Shown here one piece after another: positions 35,348 through 46,400 of a stretch of 64,000 nucleotides of DNA. The translations under genes and the position numbers were made by a program. The stretch spans positions 149,859 to 213,858 of the forward strand of contig CAWBEI010000002.1 in the NCBI GenBank assembly GCA_963787835.1, given 5' to 3'. The DNA is from Ignavibacteriota bacterium. GTDB taxonomy: Bacteria; Bacteroidota; Ignavibacteria; Palsa-1295. Every line of letters starts with the position of its first letter. The first letter of the stretch is position 1. Below the pieces are notes generated by a model. The model was not told where the DNA came from. It was given only the letters and a program-made list of their open reading frames with translations, and searched no databases.

Positions 35348-36610
35348 TCATTGTCTCCTGGTTGGTGTGAACCATTGCTCGGAAAAGCTCACATCAGCCC
35401 CTAAACGCACGAAGGTCTCGTTCGGTGCGGAGCCGCTTATCTGCGGCGTACGCTGGCCAATGACCAGCGAAAGATTCAACAATGTTTCCAAGCTCACCGG
35501 TATCCCCACTCCGCCAGAAACAGAATATTCCCGAACACCGCCAGAACCTACCGGGTTGACAGGAAGCGTGCCATAAGAAAAACCTAATCGAAGTGCCCAT
35601 CGGTCAAGACCAGAATTGCTGCCAAATTCGCTGCCTAAATTCGGCAGACGTTCAATGCCAACTGAGAACCGATTGCTCGAACGCATCAGCGTGTCACCGG
35701 AGATCGCTGTTGGCGAGTAGAGATATGCCGTGGAAAAATCCTGTGCGAAATAGTCAACCTCAGCACGATATCTTCTGCCGACATGAAACGAGATACCGGC
35801 GGATAGCGAAGCCGGATAACGCCCGACCCCGTTCACATCAATGTTCGTATCGAGCGATGAGGAAATCGGTGTGATGATCGTTTGCTGCGTGGATTTAAGA
35901 TTAGTTGCAAAGCTATAGCTTGCTCCGAAGGATATTCCGTCGAGCGCATCGGCAATAGAATCTCCGATGAGCTGCAAACCGAACGTTGGCCGAACTCCAT
36001 AAAAAAGATAGTCCCGTTCGAATTGGCCGGTGGCTGACTCCGTATCGGTATAACTTACTTGGTCGATGTGCCGGATATCGCCGGTCACGAGATCCAGCCG
36101 AGCGCCGAGTGCGACTGCTGGGATAGGCCGAGCCGCAAAACCGGCAAACACAAGATTGGTACCACCGCGAATGATATAATTCTTGGTGCTGGACGAATCG
36201 CTCTCGTTAATATCATCGCTGGCGTTGGTCAAAGGAACATAGCCGAGCGAGATCGCACCATGATACTTGTTCAATACCGGCGCGGCGAAAGAGGCCCCGC
36301 TGAATTGTATGTTTTGCTGACGATCCGTATTACCAGACAGTGTGGCATTACTCATATCGTAATGGACTGAAGCCTGAAACCGCGTTCGGGCGATCCACGT
36401 CCAGTCGGCGGGGTTAAGATCGTTCACTAACCTGCTTGCCTCCATGGCTATGCCGGTTCCGCCCAGCGCTTCGAGTGTTTCACTTCCGGAATGCACCGGA
36501 AGCCCAAAGCCGATCAAATCATACGGCGACCCCTGAGCGAAGCCCGTATTAGAAAATGCAAGCAAAAAAAGTACAAATAAGGCCCAGCGCGCCCTTCGGT
36601 GTTGGTGCAT
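35348..36610 (-). CDS. outer-membrane beta-barrel protein (PorV/FadL-like)
   Basis: It has a signal peptide, is beta-rich and ends in an aromatic-rich C-terminus (…EQWFTPTRRQ). Confidence 0.45.
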   Translation of the reverse strand: MHQHRRARWALFVLFLLAFSNTGFAQGSPYDLIGFGLPVHSGSETLEALGGTGIAMEASRLVNDLNPADWTWIARTRFQASVHYDMSNATLSGNTDRQQNIQFSGASFAAPVLNKYHGAISLGYVPLTNASDDINESDSSSTKNYIIRGGTNLVFAGFAARPIPAVALGARLDLVTGDIRHIDQVSYTDTESATGQFERDYLFYGVRPTFGLQLIGDSIADALDGISFGASYSFATNLKSTQQTIITPISSSLDTNIDVNGVGRYPASLSAGISFHVGRRYRAEVDYFAQDFSTAYLYSPTAISGDTLMRSSNRFSVGIERLPNLGSEFGSNSGLDRWALRLGFSYGTLPVNPVGSGGVREYSVSGGVGIPVSLETLLNLSLVIGQRTPQISGSAPNETFVRLGADVSFSEQWFTPTRRQ

Positions 36611-37881
36611 TACTTCAGTTTAGAATATGAAAGAATGAAGTACGGACGCTTTGTCACATCAGCACAGTTCGGGCCATAAAAAGTCCAGCGGTTTACGGTG
36701 TTGTCTTCGACTCCTATCGTTTCCGGAGCGGGTGCATCGAAACTTCGCGAAGAGTATCCGGACCGCAATTCAAATCCCAAATTTGGGATGGAATCCCGAA
36801 GCCATTCCTGCACCATGCCTCGGACCTGGAAGCGGTACGTGATATTCGGATTTGTCGGTGAGATAGTATCCAAGGAGCCATTGCCGTCATAATGATCGGC
36901 AGAGTCCACGCTGCCAACGAGTACAATATCCGGGCCGATCGTATCTCCTTCAATATTGGAATGGCTGGAATTTGCCGGGTCCAGCGTGAGTACCAGCGTG
37001 GCATTATTGATCGTCGTAAAGGCATTGAGCTGGGCATCCGTGGTATCTTTCGAATTTGCAAGATTCAGCGTAATACGTTCTCGCTTGCCAGAGCCGCCTC
37101 GAAGCGTAAATTCCCCGGCTGGCGGCGTGCTCATCTCATGGACATAAAACAGATCCACCGAGGGAGCGCGGAAGACCGAATCGCCATTATTTAAATAATA
37201 CTCGATCTGCGGTACGGAGTTTACATCACCATAACTATGGATCGTGCCAAAACCACGGGCATTGGTCATCTTCTGCATTGGGGCGATCACATAATTGATG
37301 AACGGTGACGTAAGATTTGGAATAGCACTGGAAGAGATGGGAATCTCGAGTCCGCGATCGGTGGAGTCCGGAAACGAGGTGTCAATCGAGCCTATCGGAA
37401 CTGTGGATGCGATCGTGCTCCAGGGTAATGTAGTTACGGAATCATAATCGAAGCTGCTATAAAGGCTATAGACCACAAAGCTCACCTGGCTTTTCAAGCC
37501 ACTTGTCGTATCGCCGTAAGACATATTTCCATCTTTAAGTATCAATCTAATACCAGTTATCATGGAGAGGGAATCCGGACTTAGAGGCGGAAATTGCAAC
37601 AGCCCCCAGGACTCGAAATTATCCGTTCCGCCATACGGATTCTGTACTTTCCCGATGATCATCAGCGTGGTGGAATCGGTAAGCGCGTAGTTTATCTGGT
37701 TGGCCGTGACGAATGGGCGGAGGGTATCGGCGAATTGGATAAAGGCGGCGTCGTTTCGGATGCTCGTCTGGGTTGCAATCGTATCCGAATAATACGGTGC
37801 TCCGAGGTTTGAGATCTTATCCACGCAACCCGAGAGTGCAAGGCTGGCAGCAGTAAGAAGAAGGATGGTGTATTTCAGCAA
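36610..37881 (-). CDS. DUF4270-like lipoprotein
   Basis: It has a lipoprotein signal (MLKYTILLLTAASLALSGC). It is adjacent to glgA, which is a typical Bacteroidota pairing. Confidence 0.5.
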   Translation of the reverse strand: MLKYTILLLTAASLALSGCVDKISNLGAPYYSDTIATQTSIRNDAAFIQFADTLRPFVTANQINYALTDSTTLMIIGKVQNPYGGTDNFESWGLLQFPPLSPDSLSMITGIRLILKDGNMSYGDTTSGLKSQVSFVVYSLYSSFDYDSVTTLPWSTIASTVPIGSIDTSFPDSTDRGLEIPISSSAIPNLTSPFINYVIAPMQKMTNARGFGTIHSYGDVNSVPQIEYYLNNGDSVFRAPSVDLFYVHEMSTPPAGEFTLRGGSGKRERITLNLANSKDTTDAQLNAFTTINNATLVLTLDPANSSHSNIEGDTIGPDIVLVGSVDSADHYDGNGSLDTISPTNPNITYRFQVRGMVQEWLRDSIPNLGFELRSGYSSRSFDAPAPETIGVEDNTVNRWTFYGPNCADVTKRPYFILSYSKLK

Positions 37882-37965
37882 GGCGTGATATTCTGGATGG
37901 CACTGAGGAAATGCCGATCGATACTTATGAACGGTTATCTGGAGAAAACGCGACTATCATGACCA

Positions 37966-39552
37966 CTACTCAAAGGATGAGAGAGCGCTGGTCGTTCCCG
38001 CAGGCTGCTTCGGAGCCACTTTTTGTACTTTAAGCACCTTCTCATAGACTTGAGCATATTCGACCGCTGACCGATCCCAGGAGAAATCCTTTTTCATGCC
38101 ATTGATCTGAAGCTGCCGCCAGAGCGGCTGATCGTTATGATAGATCTTCAGCGCATGTTCGATGGCTTTCCAGAACGCATGCGCATCGTATTTCTCGAAG
38201 GTAAATCCGGTTGGCCGCGTGCGCGGTCGGTCGGCTGCACCATCGAGATCGATCACGGTATCCGCCAAACCACCGGTCTTGCGAACAACAGGGACCGTCC
38301 CATAGTGCATGGAATACATCTGGTTCAGGCCGCAGGGTTCATAGGCACTCGGCATAAGAAAAATATCGCACCCGGCCTCGATCTTATGCGCAAAACTATC
38401 GTGGAATCCAAAATAGATACCAATGTGGTCAGGATGCTTCTTTTGCAATTTCGTCAGAATATCGACGTATTTCTTATCGCCCTCGCCGAGCACGACAAGT
38501 TGAGCATCCGCCTCGACGATCTTTTCGATGATCTCGACCAATAAGCCGAATCCCTTTTGGTCGATAAGGCGTGCGATCATGCCGAGCACCGGGCGGCCCT
38601 CCTTATACGGAATATTCATATCGAAGCAAAGGTCTTGCTTGCAGGCTTCTTTCGCTGAAAAATCGCCTTCTACAAAATCTTCGGTGGCATAGGGCCGCAC
38701 GATATTCACATCGTTGGCCGGATCCCAGACGAGCAGATCGATCCCATTTAAAATTCCATGCAGATCGCGTTTGCGTTTAGCGAGTAGCTGGTCGAGGCCG
38801 CAGCCAAATTCCGGCGTGCGAATCTCTTCCGCATACGTCTGGCTGACGGTAGTAATCGCATCGGCATACGCAATGCCGGATTTGAGATAAGAGACCTGGC
38901 CATAGAATTCCAATCCATCGGGCGTGAAAAATTCCTGCGGGAGTTCGAGCTTTGGAAATGTCGATGCAGGAAAATTCCCTTGATACTCCAGATTGTGAAC
39001 CGTGAACACCACTTTCGTATCCTTGAAGAATGGATCGTCTTTGAATCGTCCTTTCAGGAGTGCAGGCACGAGGCCGCCCTGCCAGTCATTACAATGAATG
39101 ATGTCCGGCTTCCATTGCAGCAAGCGGCATAACTCGAACGCGGCAAGCCCATAGAGCAAGAAGCGTTCGTCGTTATCGGGATAATCGGTATGGGTAACGG
39201 GATCGACGTAAAGCCCCAGACGCTGGAAGTATTCTTCGTTCTCCAGAAAATACAGTTGAATGCGCGTTTTGTTCGTCAGGATCGCGGAAGATTTTAAATT
39301 GGTAACAAGGGTTTTGCCAGCGATCTCGAACTCCACGCCCTGCAACCGGTTGATAAGATGGATCTTCTGCTTTTTCTCGCCGATGAATCCGTACTTCGGC
39401 ATCATGACGCGCACATCATGACCAAGCTCGCGAAGAGCCTGCGGCAGCGCGGCGCTGACATCCGCCAGCCCGCCTGTTTTCGCGAACGGATACACTTCCG
39501 TCGAAAGAAAAAGAACGTTCCGAGGGGTAAATTGTGGCCGTGGTGAGGTCAT
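37966..39552 (-). CDS. glgA: glycogen/starch synthase (GT5)
   Basis: The N-terminal KTGGLADV motif is present and the overall pattern matches. Confidence 0.85.
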   Translation of the reverse strand: MTSPRPQFTPRNVLFLSTEVYPFAKTGGLADVSAALPQALRELGHDVRVMMPKYGFIGEKKQKIHLINRLQGVEFEIAGKTLVTNLKSSAILTNKTRIQLYFLENEEYFQRLGLYVDPVTHTDYPDNDERFLLYGLAAFELCRLLQWKPDIIHCNDWQGGLVPALLKGRFKDDPFFKDTKVVFTVHNLEYQGNFPASTFPKLELPQEFFTPDGLEFYGQVSYLKSGIAYADAITTVSQTYAEEIRTPEFGCGLDQLLAKRKRDLHGILNGIDLLVWDPANDVNIVRPYATEDFVEGDFSAKEACKQDLCFDMNIPYKEGRPVLGMIARLIDQKGFGLLVEIIEKIVEADAQLVVLGEGDKKYVDILTKLQKKHPDHIGIYFGFHDSFAHKIEAGCDIFLMPSAYEPCGLNQMYSMHYGTVPVVRKTGGLADTVIDLDGAADRPRTRPTGFTFEKYDAHAFWKAIEHALKIYHNDQPLWRQLQINGMKKDFSWDRSAVEYAQVYEKVLKVQKVAPKQPAGTTSALSSFE

Positions 39553-39775
39553 TTTTTAGAACGTGGAGAGGTGTGGCGACTGGTCCTTAAACAGAGCTTC
39601 CGTCACCCGCAAAACATGAATTTCAATACGCGACGCTAAAAATGTAGTATTTTAGATTGTTGAGTTATGTGTCCGAAGTCCTGTGACGTGACACAAACAT
39701 CTACAAAAATACGGAATTTTCGAGGGGAATGTGTGGAATGGGGAAATACCTTACTTTACCATTGTTCTTGACATC

Positions 39776-39882
39776 GTCATTGCGAGGAGCATTTGGCGAT
39801 CGAAGAGAGCCAAATGCGACGAAGCAATCCCTCTCCATTGAATAGATTGCTTCGTCGTCCCTCCGGGACTCCTCGCAATGAC
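39776..39882. repeat. REP-like palindromic element family 2, full copy (GTCATTGCGAGGAG…CTCCTCGCAATGAC)
   Basis: It is a ~107-bp nested palindrome directly after the stop of 39893..40348. Confidence 0.8.
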
Positions 39883-39892
39883 AGGGTAAACG

Positions 39893-40348
39893 TTATTGCT
39901 CCAACGCCCAGACCCGCGCAACCTGCTCCTTGTTCCACGCGCTTTGGGCATCGCCGGAAGAAATGGGCGTAGCGAACCAGGCATCGAGGATCTCCTTCAT
40001 TACCGGTACCGGAGTAGCGCGAAGACTTAGCGCAAGCACATTCGCGTGATTGAAAATGCGGGCGCCCCGAGCAGTTTCGGCGTCTCCGGCAAGAGCGCAG
40101 CGAACGCCAGCGATCTTATTTGCCGCGATAGCGACACCCGTTCCAGTCCAGCAGCAGACGATCCCTTCCACTGCGCTGCCATCGGCCACGGCACGCGCCA
40201 CATCTGCTGCGACGAGCGGCCAATCGCGGTTCGCCTCTCCGATCGTCAGTGGACCAAATGCTACAAGCGTGTGCCCGCGATTCTCAAGCTCGGATTTGAG
40301 CGCTTGCGTTAGTTCTGTTGCCGTGTCGCTGCCGATGGATATTTTCAT
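39893..40348 (-). CDS. RpiB/LacA/LacB-family sugar-phosphate isomerase (second paralog)
   Basis: 151 aa with an RpiB-like pattern (…GIVCCWTGTGVAIAANK…). Confidence 0.7.
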   Translation of the reverse strand: MKISIGSDTATELTQALKSELENRGHTLVAFGPLTIGEANRDWPLVAADVARAVADGSAVEGIVCCWTGTGVAIAANKIAGVRCALAGDAETARGARIFNHANVLALSLRATPVPVMKEILDAWFATPISSGDAQSAWNKEQVARVWALEQ

Positions 40349-40475
40349 GTTTTCTGAAAGTGTGTAAACCGGGTTTTAACCCGGTTCAGAATGATCGATC
40401 ATGCTTTTTCAATTCGCTGGAATAGGCGCATATTATGTGCCAGTTTTGCATGGCGGAACTCAATAAAAACATTGA

Positions 40476-40700
40476 TTACACTTTTTTAAATGCATTGTCG
40501 ATGAGAAGGATGCCGGGATGAACTCCTAACGCATCGGCAAGTTGACATAAATTTGAAAGAGTAAGATTCATCTCTCCCCTTTCCACCGCGCCGATATATG
40601 TTCTTTTGAAACCAGATTTTAATGCGAAACCCTCCTGAGAAAAGCCCTTAGCCTCTCTCAAAAATCGTATATTTCTACCCACTATTTTCTGCATATCCAT
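40476..40700 (-). CDS. XRE-family HTH transcriptional regulator
   Basis: The real start is MDMQKIV. An HTH is present (…FSQEGFALKSGFKRTYIGAVERGE…). Confidence 0.8.
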   Translation of the reverse strand: MDMQKIVGRNIRFLREAKGFSQEGFALKSGFKRTYIGAVERGEMNLTLSNLCQLADALGVHPGILLIDNAFKKV

Positions 40701-40830
40701 GCTGTAAAAGGATGGAATATGAAGGGGCGGTAAAATTACGCCATTCAAGCATGGCGACAAAAAATGTCGTATATTTGTATTGACTTTTGAGATTCAATAC
40801 TTCAAACATTCTATATCTGGTAGGGTTTTT

Positions 40831-41835
40831 ATGAAACGAATCATTTTCCCCGTTCTGCTTCTCAGCATGGTTTTCGTGGCTTCGATAGCGCGAGCGCAAG
40901 CTCCGACTTACTATGGAGCATTGCTTTATAGCATGCACGCTGATACTTCTGAGCCTCCGCTATACACGGGCCAACCAACGGCTGTAACAACGGCGTACCT
41001 CTGGCTCGATGAGGCGATGAGGTTTTATAACGAATCTACAATTGAACATTTTATAAATGCACTTTCGTGGGATGATACCCCCCAGACGATAGCAAGCAAT
41101 TTTTATCAGATCCAACATGATAACCCTCTCTCGTTCTATGTATGGTCTGGAGATCGGATGAGACCAAACCCCTATAAGGCTGAACCAAGCATGGCTCGTG
41201 AATTTTTCGAAAATTTCGTTTCCACGAGCGCAGGAGACACGGCCCGAACGAGTTGGCTTCTGTCAGCAGATATTATCGCGGATATTACTGTTTCAGACAC
41301 ATTGTGCAGATTCGATCCCACTGCAATGAGTGTGAAAGACTGGGTTTTGGTAAATTCGACCGTACTCGACACCATAAAAGGTAAAAAAATTCCAGAGTGT
41401 TCTGGTTATTTCAGAACGGGAAAGAAGATCGAATTGCCCCTAAGCACCCCCACATCAGCCTTGCCAGTCTATGCTGTCGCTGCAAACGTTGGCACATGCC
41501 TTCAATTCCAATATTCACCGGAAGGGCATCGAAGTCTTGACGAAGATATGCTTAATAATTCCCTAAAGGATTCATTGGGAGGATGGTGGATCAAACCAGG
41601 TAAAGAGTATATTGTTTTTCTCTCTTTCGTGGGAATCGGAGCGGACACTTCTTCAGCATATTTTACCACTTGTCCGTGTAATGGTATTACCGGCCATAGT
41701 GGGGGAATGTATTTGGTTAAGAGTGGGGTCGTACAGGATCCGTATGATGATTTTGGGTTAGGTGGAACTGGTTTGACTGTAGCCGCTTGGAAATCCCGGT
41801 TGCGAGCGCGAATTAACGCAATTATTACTCCTTGA
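40831..41835 (+). CDS. secreted hypothetical protein
   Basis: It has a signal peptide (MKRIIFPVLLLSMVFVASIARAQA). No recognisable domain was found. Confidence 0.4.
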   Translation: MKRIIFPVLLLSMVFVASIARAQAPTYYGALLYSMHADTSEPPLYTGQPTAVTTAYLWLDEAMRFYNESTIEHFINALSWDDTPQTIASNFYQIQHDNPLSFYVWSGDRMRPNPYKAEPSMAREFFENFVSTSAGDTARTSWLLSADIIADITVSDTLCRFDPTAMSVKDWVLVNSTVLDTIKGKKIPECSGYFRTGKKIELPLSTPTSALPVYAVAANVGTCLQFQYSPEGHRSLDEDMLNNSLKDSLGGWWIKPGKEYIVFLSFVGIGADTSSAYFTTCPCNGITGHSGGMYLVKSGVVQDPYDDFGLGGTGLTVAAWKSRLRARINAIITP

Positions 41836-41870
41836 AATTATCCATTAAATATTAGAAGTGGAGTGATTTA

Positions 41871-43460
41871 ATGAAACGCATTATCGCATTAGTTCCATTA
41901 GTGTTACTTTTGATTTCGAATGAAACATCTGCACAGGTGAGATGCACCACCCCGTGCTGGGAGCAAAGCTTCCCTTATCTCTTTTGTGATCCCAGATCAG
42001 GTATTCAATCAGTAGGTTGCTCTACTAACCCGAATGACGATCCGCAGGGAATTCCTACAAAAGCGTACATACCCGGCTGTGTATCGATCTATTACGAATT
42101 TAACTTGGATACGCTTTGGCAACCTTCTGATCCGATTCCGGTTTTTACTGAGACCCCACCGGATAGAGAAACAATTTATGAGGCGTATGTAGATAATCTG
42201 AGCTCGTATCCCGGACCGCCCTGGTTCAATCCTTTTGACCCTGATTCGGACGTTTGGAGTGATGACTATTCGGCTTACGTGGCTGCTACACTGCAATGGG
42301 ATAAGGACACTTCGAATTTTTTCGCTGGCCTCGGATGGGAAATGATTGATACGTCGGGCATGGATAGTAATGCTCAAGGTGCCGTCGTAAATTTTTATAT
42401 TGGCGACTATAATAACTTGTTCGCAGTATATGATAACGAAGAGACCGCGTATGAAGACAGTTTGAATGCTTACAATAGAGGCACGGATGTTCACTATGTG
42501 CAGCCATGGAACGATGTTCAGGCGGACTCAGATGCACAACATGCTCTTGATAATTGGCTTGGGGTATGTCACCCGGCAATAAGCTCAGATGGGCCAGGAT
42601 GTTGCATTCACGTCAATCTTGATGCCAATCCTAATGATTTTAATCCAGCGGCGACAGACTTTGCTGAAACTCGTAGTGATAGCAATCAAGAGGGATTTCC
42701 AAATTGTGATGAAGCTTCCTGTCCCGACTTATACAGATTTATCAACGTCAATGTATCTCCGGCTTTTCTTTATCAATCTAATAATCCGCTAACATGGCAT
42801 TCCGACCCTGGTTATAAACTTCATTCTTCCCCGAAAAGGATTTGGTACACTGGGACCGGTTTGCCTTTTATGCCTAATATTTATTATTATGGCGGTTACA
42901 ACGTTCTTAGCTTCTATCAATTGATGGAGCATGAGATAGGGCATTGGCTTGGGCTTATGCACCCAGAATCCGGCCCCCCCAATGGAAATTCTACTTATGC
43001 CTGTCCGAATTGCTATACTAACAATCCTTATGTTACCCCTGCTCAAAAATATAATCCATCGGGTTTCTGGACAGTTATGGCTCAAGGTAACAATATTCAG
43101 AATGACACAGCTCTCCTTCTGACCAACGAAGATAGCTGTCAATTTAAGAAGCTCTATTGTGAGGAGGATGTATCTGTTAAGCTTGCTCCGCAAAGAGACA
43201 ACTGGTTCAATCCAGAGGTCTTTCCGAATCCATCCAATGGCGGGATGACGCTGACCTTCACCAGCATAGCACCAAGCCTCACACAGATAGCGGTCTATGA
43301 TGTGCTCGGCAATGAGGTGAAGGAAGTATGTAATGGGTATATGAATCCTGGGCCTTACTCCATTCCTCTCGGGACTGAATCATTACCATCGGGTAATTAC
43401 GTGTGTCGTGTTCGTGTAGGCGATATGGTAAGTTATATTAATCTGGCAATTACAAAGTAA
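41871..43460 (+). CDS. secreted zinc metalloprotease (M43 pappalysin/cytophagalysin-like HEIGHWLGLMH) with T9SS-type C-terminal domain
   Basis: It has a signal peptide and a HExxHxxGxxH motif. The C-terminal beta-sandwich tail is followed by …YINLAITK. Confidence 0.65.
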   Translation: MKRIIALVPLVLLLISNETSAQVRCTTPCWEQSFPYLFCDPRSGIQSVGCSTNPNDDPQGIPTKAYIPGCVSIYYEFNLDTLWQPSDPIPVFTETPPDRETIYEAYVDNLSSYPGPPWFNPFDPDSDVWSDDYSAYVAATLQWDKDTSNFFAGLGWEMIDTSGMDSNAQGAVVNFYIGDYNNLFAVYDNEETAYEDSLNAYNRGTDVHYVQPWNDVQADSDAQHALDNWLGVCHPAISSDGPGCCIHVNLDANPNDFNPAATDFAETRSDSNQEGFPNCDEASCPDLYRFINVNVSPAFLYQSNNPLTWHSDPGYKLHSSPKRIWYTGTGLPFMPNIYYYGGYNVLSFYQLMEHEIGHWLGLMHPESGPPNGNSTYACPNCYTNNPYVTPAQKYNPSGFWTVMAQGNNIQNDTALLLTNEDSCQFKKLYCEEDVSVKLAPQRDNWFNPEVFPNPSNGGMTLTFTSIAPSLTQIAVYDVLGNEVKEVCNGYMNPGPYSIPLGTESLPSGNYVCRVRVGDMVSYINLAITK

Positions 43461-43469
43461 TAGCAAAAT

Positions 43470-46400
43470 TTATCTCGCCACACCCCCCTTTCTCGCTGTC
43501 TTCTCGCGATCGTTGCCGAGGACGAGGAAGTAATCGCCGCTGGCATTCGGGATGGGAATGGATGCGTGATGCTCGCCGAGGGAGGTTTCTAGCTCGGTGA
43601 TGCGGGAAATGCGGGCGCCGGTGGCATCGTACATATCGAGCGTGAGCGTGGTCACTTCTGCGCGTGTGATGTAATCAATATCCCATACGCCGGAAGAAGC
43701 TGGGTTCGGCGCCACGCCAATAAAGGTAAAACTGATCGGCTGTTCGCGCAGCAGATCGAGCAGATAGGGATCGCCGCATTCCATCGCGATCGTGAACGGC
43801 TGCTCCGGAATGCTGCACAGCCCGAGCGTGGGTTCCCGATCGGTCGAGAACGTGTTTAACTGCACTTCAGTCGTCGTATCGATGGTGAGCGCAACGTTCG
43901 TCTTGATATAGACCAGTGGCAACGTGAGAGGACTGTTCTCCGAAACCGTATCGATCAGATTTACCGTACCAGAACACCCGATGCCGGGTTCCGGCGTGAA
44001 CGAATAGGTTAGCATACGCGCCGAGCAGGTGTTCGCAAACTCAAGATCGGATGGCGTCAGCAGATCGGTATTGAACGAAAGATGGAACGTGTAACTATGG
44101 ATCGAAAACGTATCCGTCGTCGGCGTTAGCATAATGGGAATATCGAGGACGTTCCCAGCCGCGAGCGATGGAAGCGCAGGAATGAATGGAGCCGGAGCCG
44201 TTAGATTTTTCGCGGCGATCGTGATCAGGGTGTCGATCGCCAGCCCGTTCTCATGCACATACAGCTTTGCCGTAATCGTACGCGAACCTGTGCTATCCGG
44301 CGTGAATGTAACGAACGTGGAATCTATTTCGCCCGGCTGAAGCGAATCCGGTGGTTTCGGCAGGTAAAATTCGTTCAGAGAATCGCCTGTGACGATGAGG
44401 GAATCAATAGTCATCACATTGCACCCCAAATTCCCAATGATGAATGGCACCCTTACCGTCTGACAATATTTCGTGAACAGCCAAAGCGAATCCGAGGAAA
44501 GCGCAAGCGGTTCGGATGCAATAGTGTTCGATACCGTCACCGAGATCGTCGTATCGATGACGCGCTGAGCGGTGTGCATCGCTAAACGCATGGTGAGTGC
44601 CTTCGTTTTTCCATCCAACGGATTATACGCAATGTGGATCGGCAAAATGTTCCCGCTCTGAATGGGCGACTGCGTGGGATCGTAGCCAACCGTTATTTCA
44701 CTACCATCCCCGATCGTTACAGAATCCAGGAATAACATTCCGCATCCCTGATTAGAGACCAACAGCGTATCCGAAAGCGAGAGGCAGCTCCCCGTCGCAA
44801 GCGTAATTGCATCCTGCGAAAGCGTCGCCGATTGCGGAAGGGTAATGTTACTGGCGGAAACAAGGATGGTCGTGTCGCACAAACCCCATTTGCCGTGTGC
44901 GAAGATCCGAATGCTGTCATTCGAAGTGCCGGCAGAATCCGGTGCATACTGGATGCTAAGGCTATCGCCGATCGAAGGCGCAAGTCCGGAGGGTGCGTGC
45001 ATCAATACAAACGAGCCATTCGCGGAAACGAGGGAATCAAAAATGATGCTATCGCATCCGGGCGCGTGAAGACCAATATTCGAAACCACCGGTTGGCAGT
45101 ACTTCGTCCCAAGCGAAACCGACGTACTATCGAGCACGAAACGTTCCGGCTCTGGGGCGGATCGAACAAAGATTGAAATAATAGTATCATACGCACGGCG
45201 GCCATCGTGTGCATAGACTATGGCGGTAAGCGTATCCGCGCCCGCGCTATTCGGCTGAAATAGGAAGTGGAGCGGGTATTGCGTTGTATCCACCAAAAGG
45301 GTCGGAAGTATATTCAACAATCTGACACCGCCATTGGTAAAAGTTACCGAATCGAGCACCATCCCCGGACACGCAAGATTGGCTATCAACACGGTATCAT
45401 AGGCGGCAGTGCATGCACCGGCGTTCATTCTGCTGGTATCTTTCGAGAGCGAAAGCGTCGATGGCTCATTATTTTGGGTAATAATGGTTACTGTTTTGGC
45501 GACAACGTCTTCCCCGGAATGTGCGAAGATGGTTGCCTTGGTTACGATCCTGCCACTCTTTGTGGGTGAATAGAGAAGTATAACCCGTGTGGAGTCTCCA
45601 GCGCTAAGCGTCTGCGGCAATGTGCCATCGTTCGGAAGCCGTAGGAACTCCGATCCGCTCGGCAAAACGATGGAGTCTATCGTTACCGGAATACAATTGA
45701 CACCACTGATGCTAAATGCAAGTGTATCGCCACAGGGATTCGGCAGCCAGTTAATGGTATCCGAAGCAAGAGCAACTTTCCCGGTAAGGGTTCCATCGCC
45801 TCCGTCATCTGTTTTATAGACATCACCGAACGCATCGAAGGCATAAACGATCTGGCCCATACAGCCCGCTACCACGAACCGTGTATCCCGACTGGTAGAA
45901 GGACCATTCACAAAATGCCAGGTTGCGCCGGTATCATCGGAACGATACATGCCATGTTGGTAGGAATCGGCATCTAAGTAGGAGTATAAGGTTCCAGTAT
46001 CCGTTTGGAAATAGAGCGTTTTCCCCTGCCCTTCGATCGTGCCGGTAAAGTGCATTGCGGGAAAACTTGCGCGCTGGCTCCAGGTAAATCCGCCATCCGT
46101 TGACCAATTGATCGATTGGTGCGGAATGAAATCCTGTGACTCATTCGCACAGAGATAGATACGTTGCCCCGGCATCACATACACCGACCACGATTCATAT
46201 TGATTTGTGAGGCTCGACTGCCACGTTCGGCCCGCATCTAACGTAACCCAAAAGTTATTACCGGGCGCATTGGGATTCATTTCCGTTATCACGCCATTGA
46301 GGCTATCCGAAAAAGCGATCCCATTGCAGCGGCGAAAATTTGGGGTCCACGTTACTCCGCCATCATACGAGTAATCCCCGCCGAGTGGGTCAGGCGGAAA

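Noticed and set aside
40364-40385. Hairpin AACCGGGTTTTAACCCGGTT between the rpiB-like and XRE genes as a terminator
   Set aside because: The loop is very short and no U-tract follows in the correct orientation.
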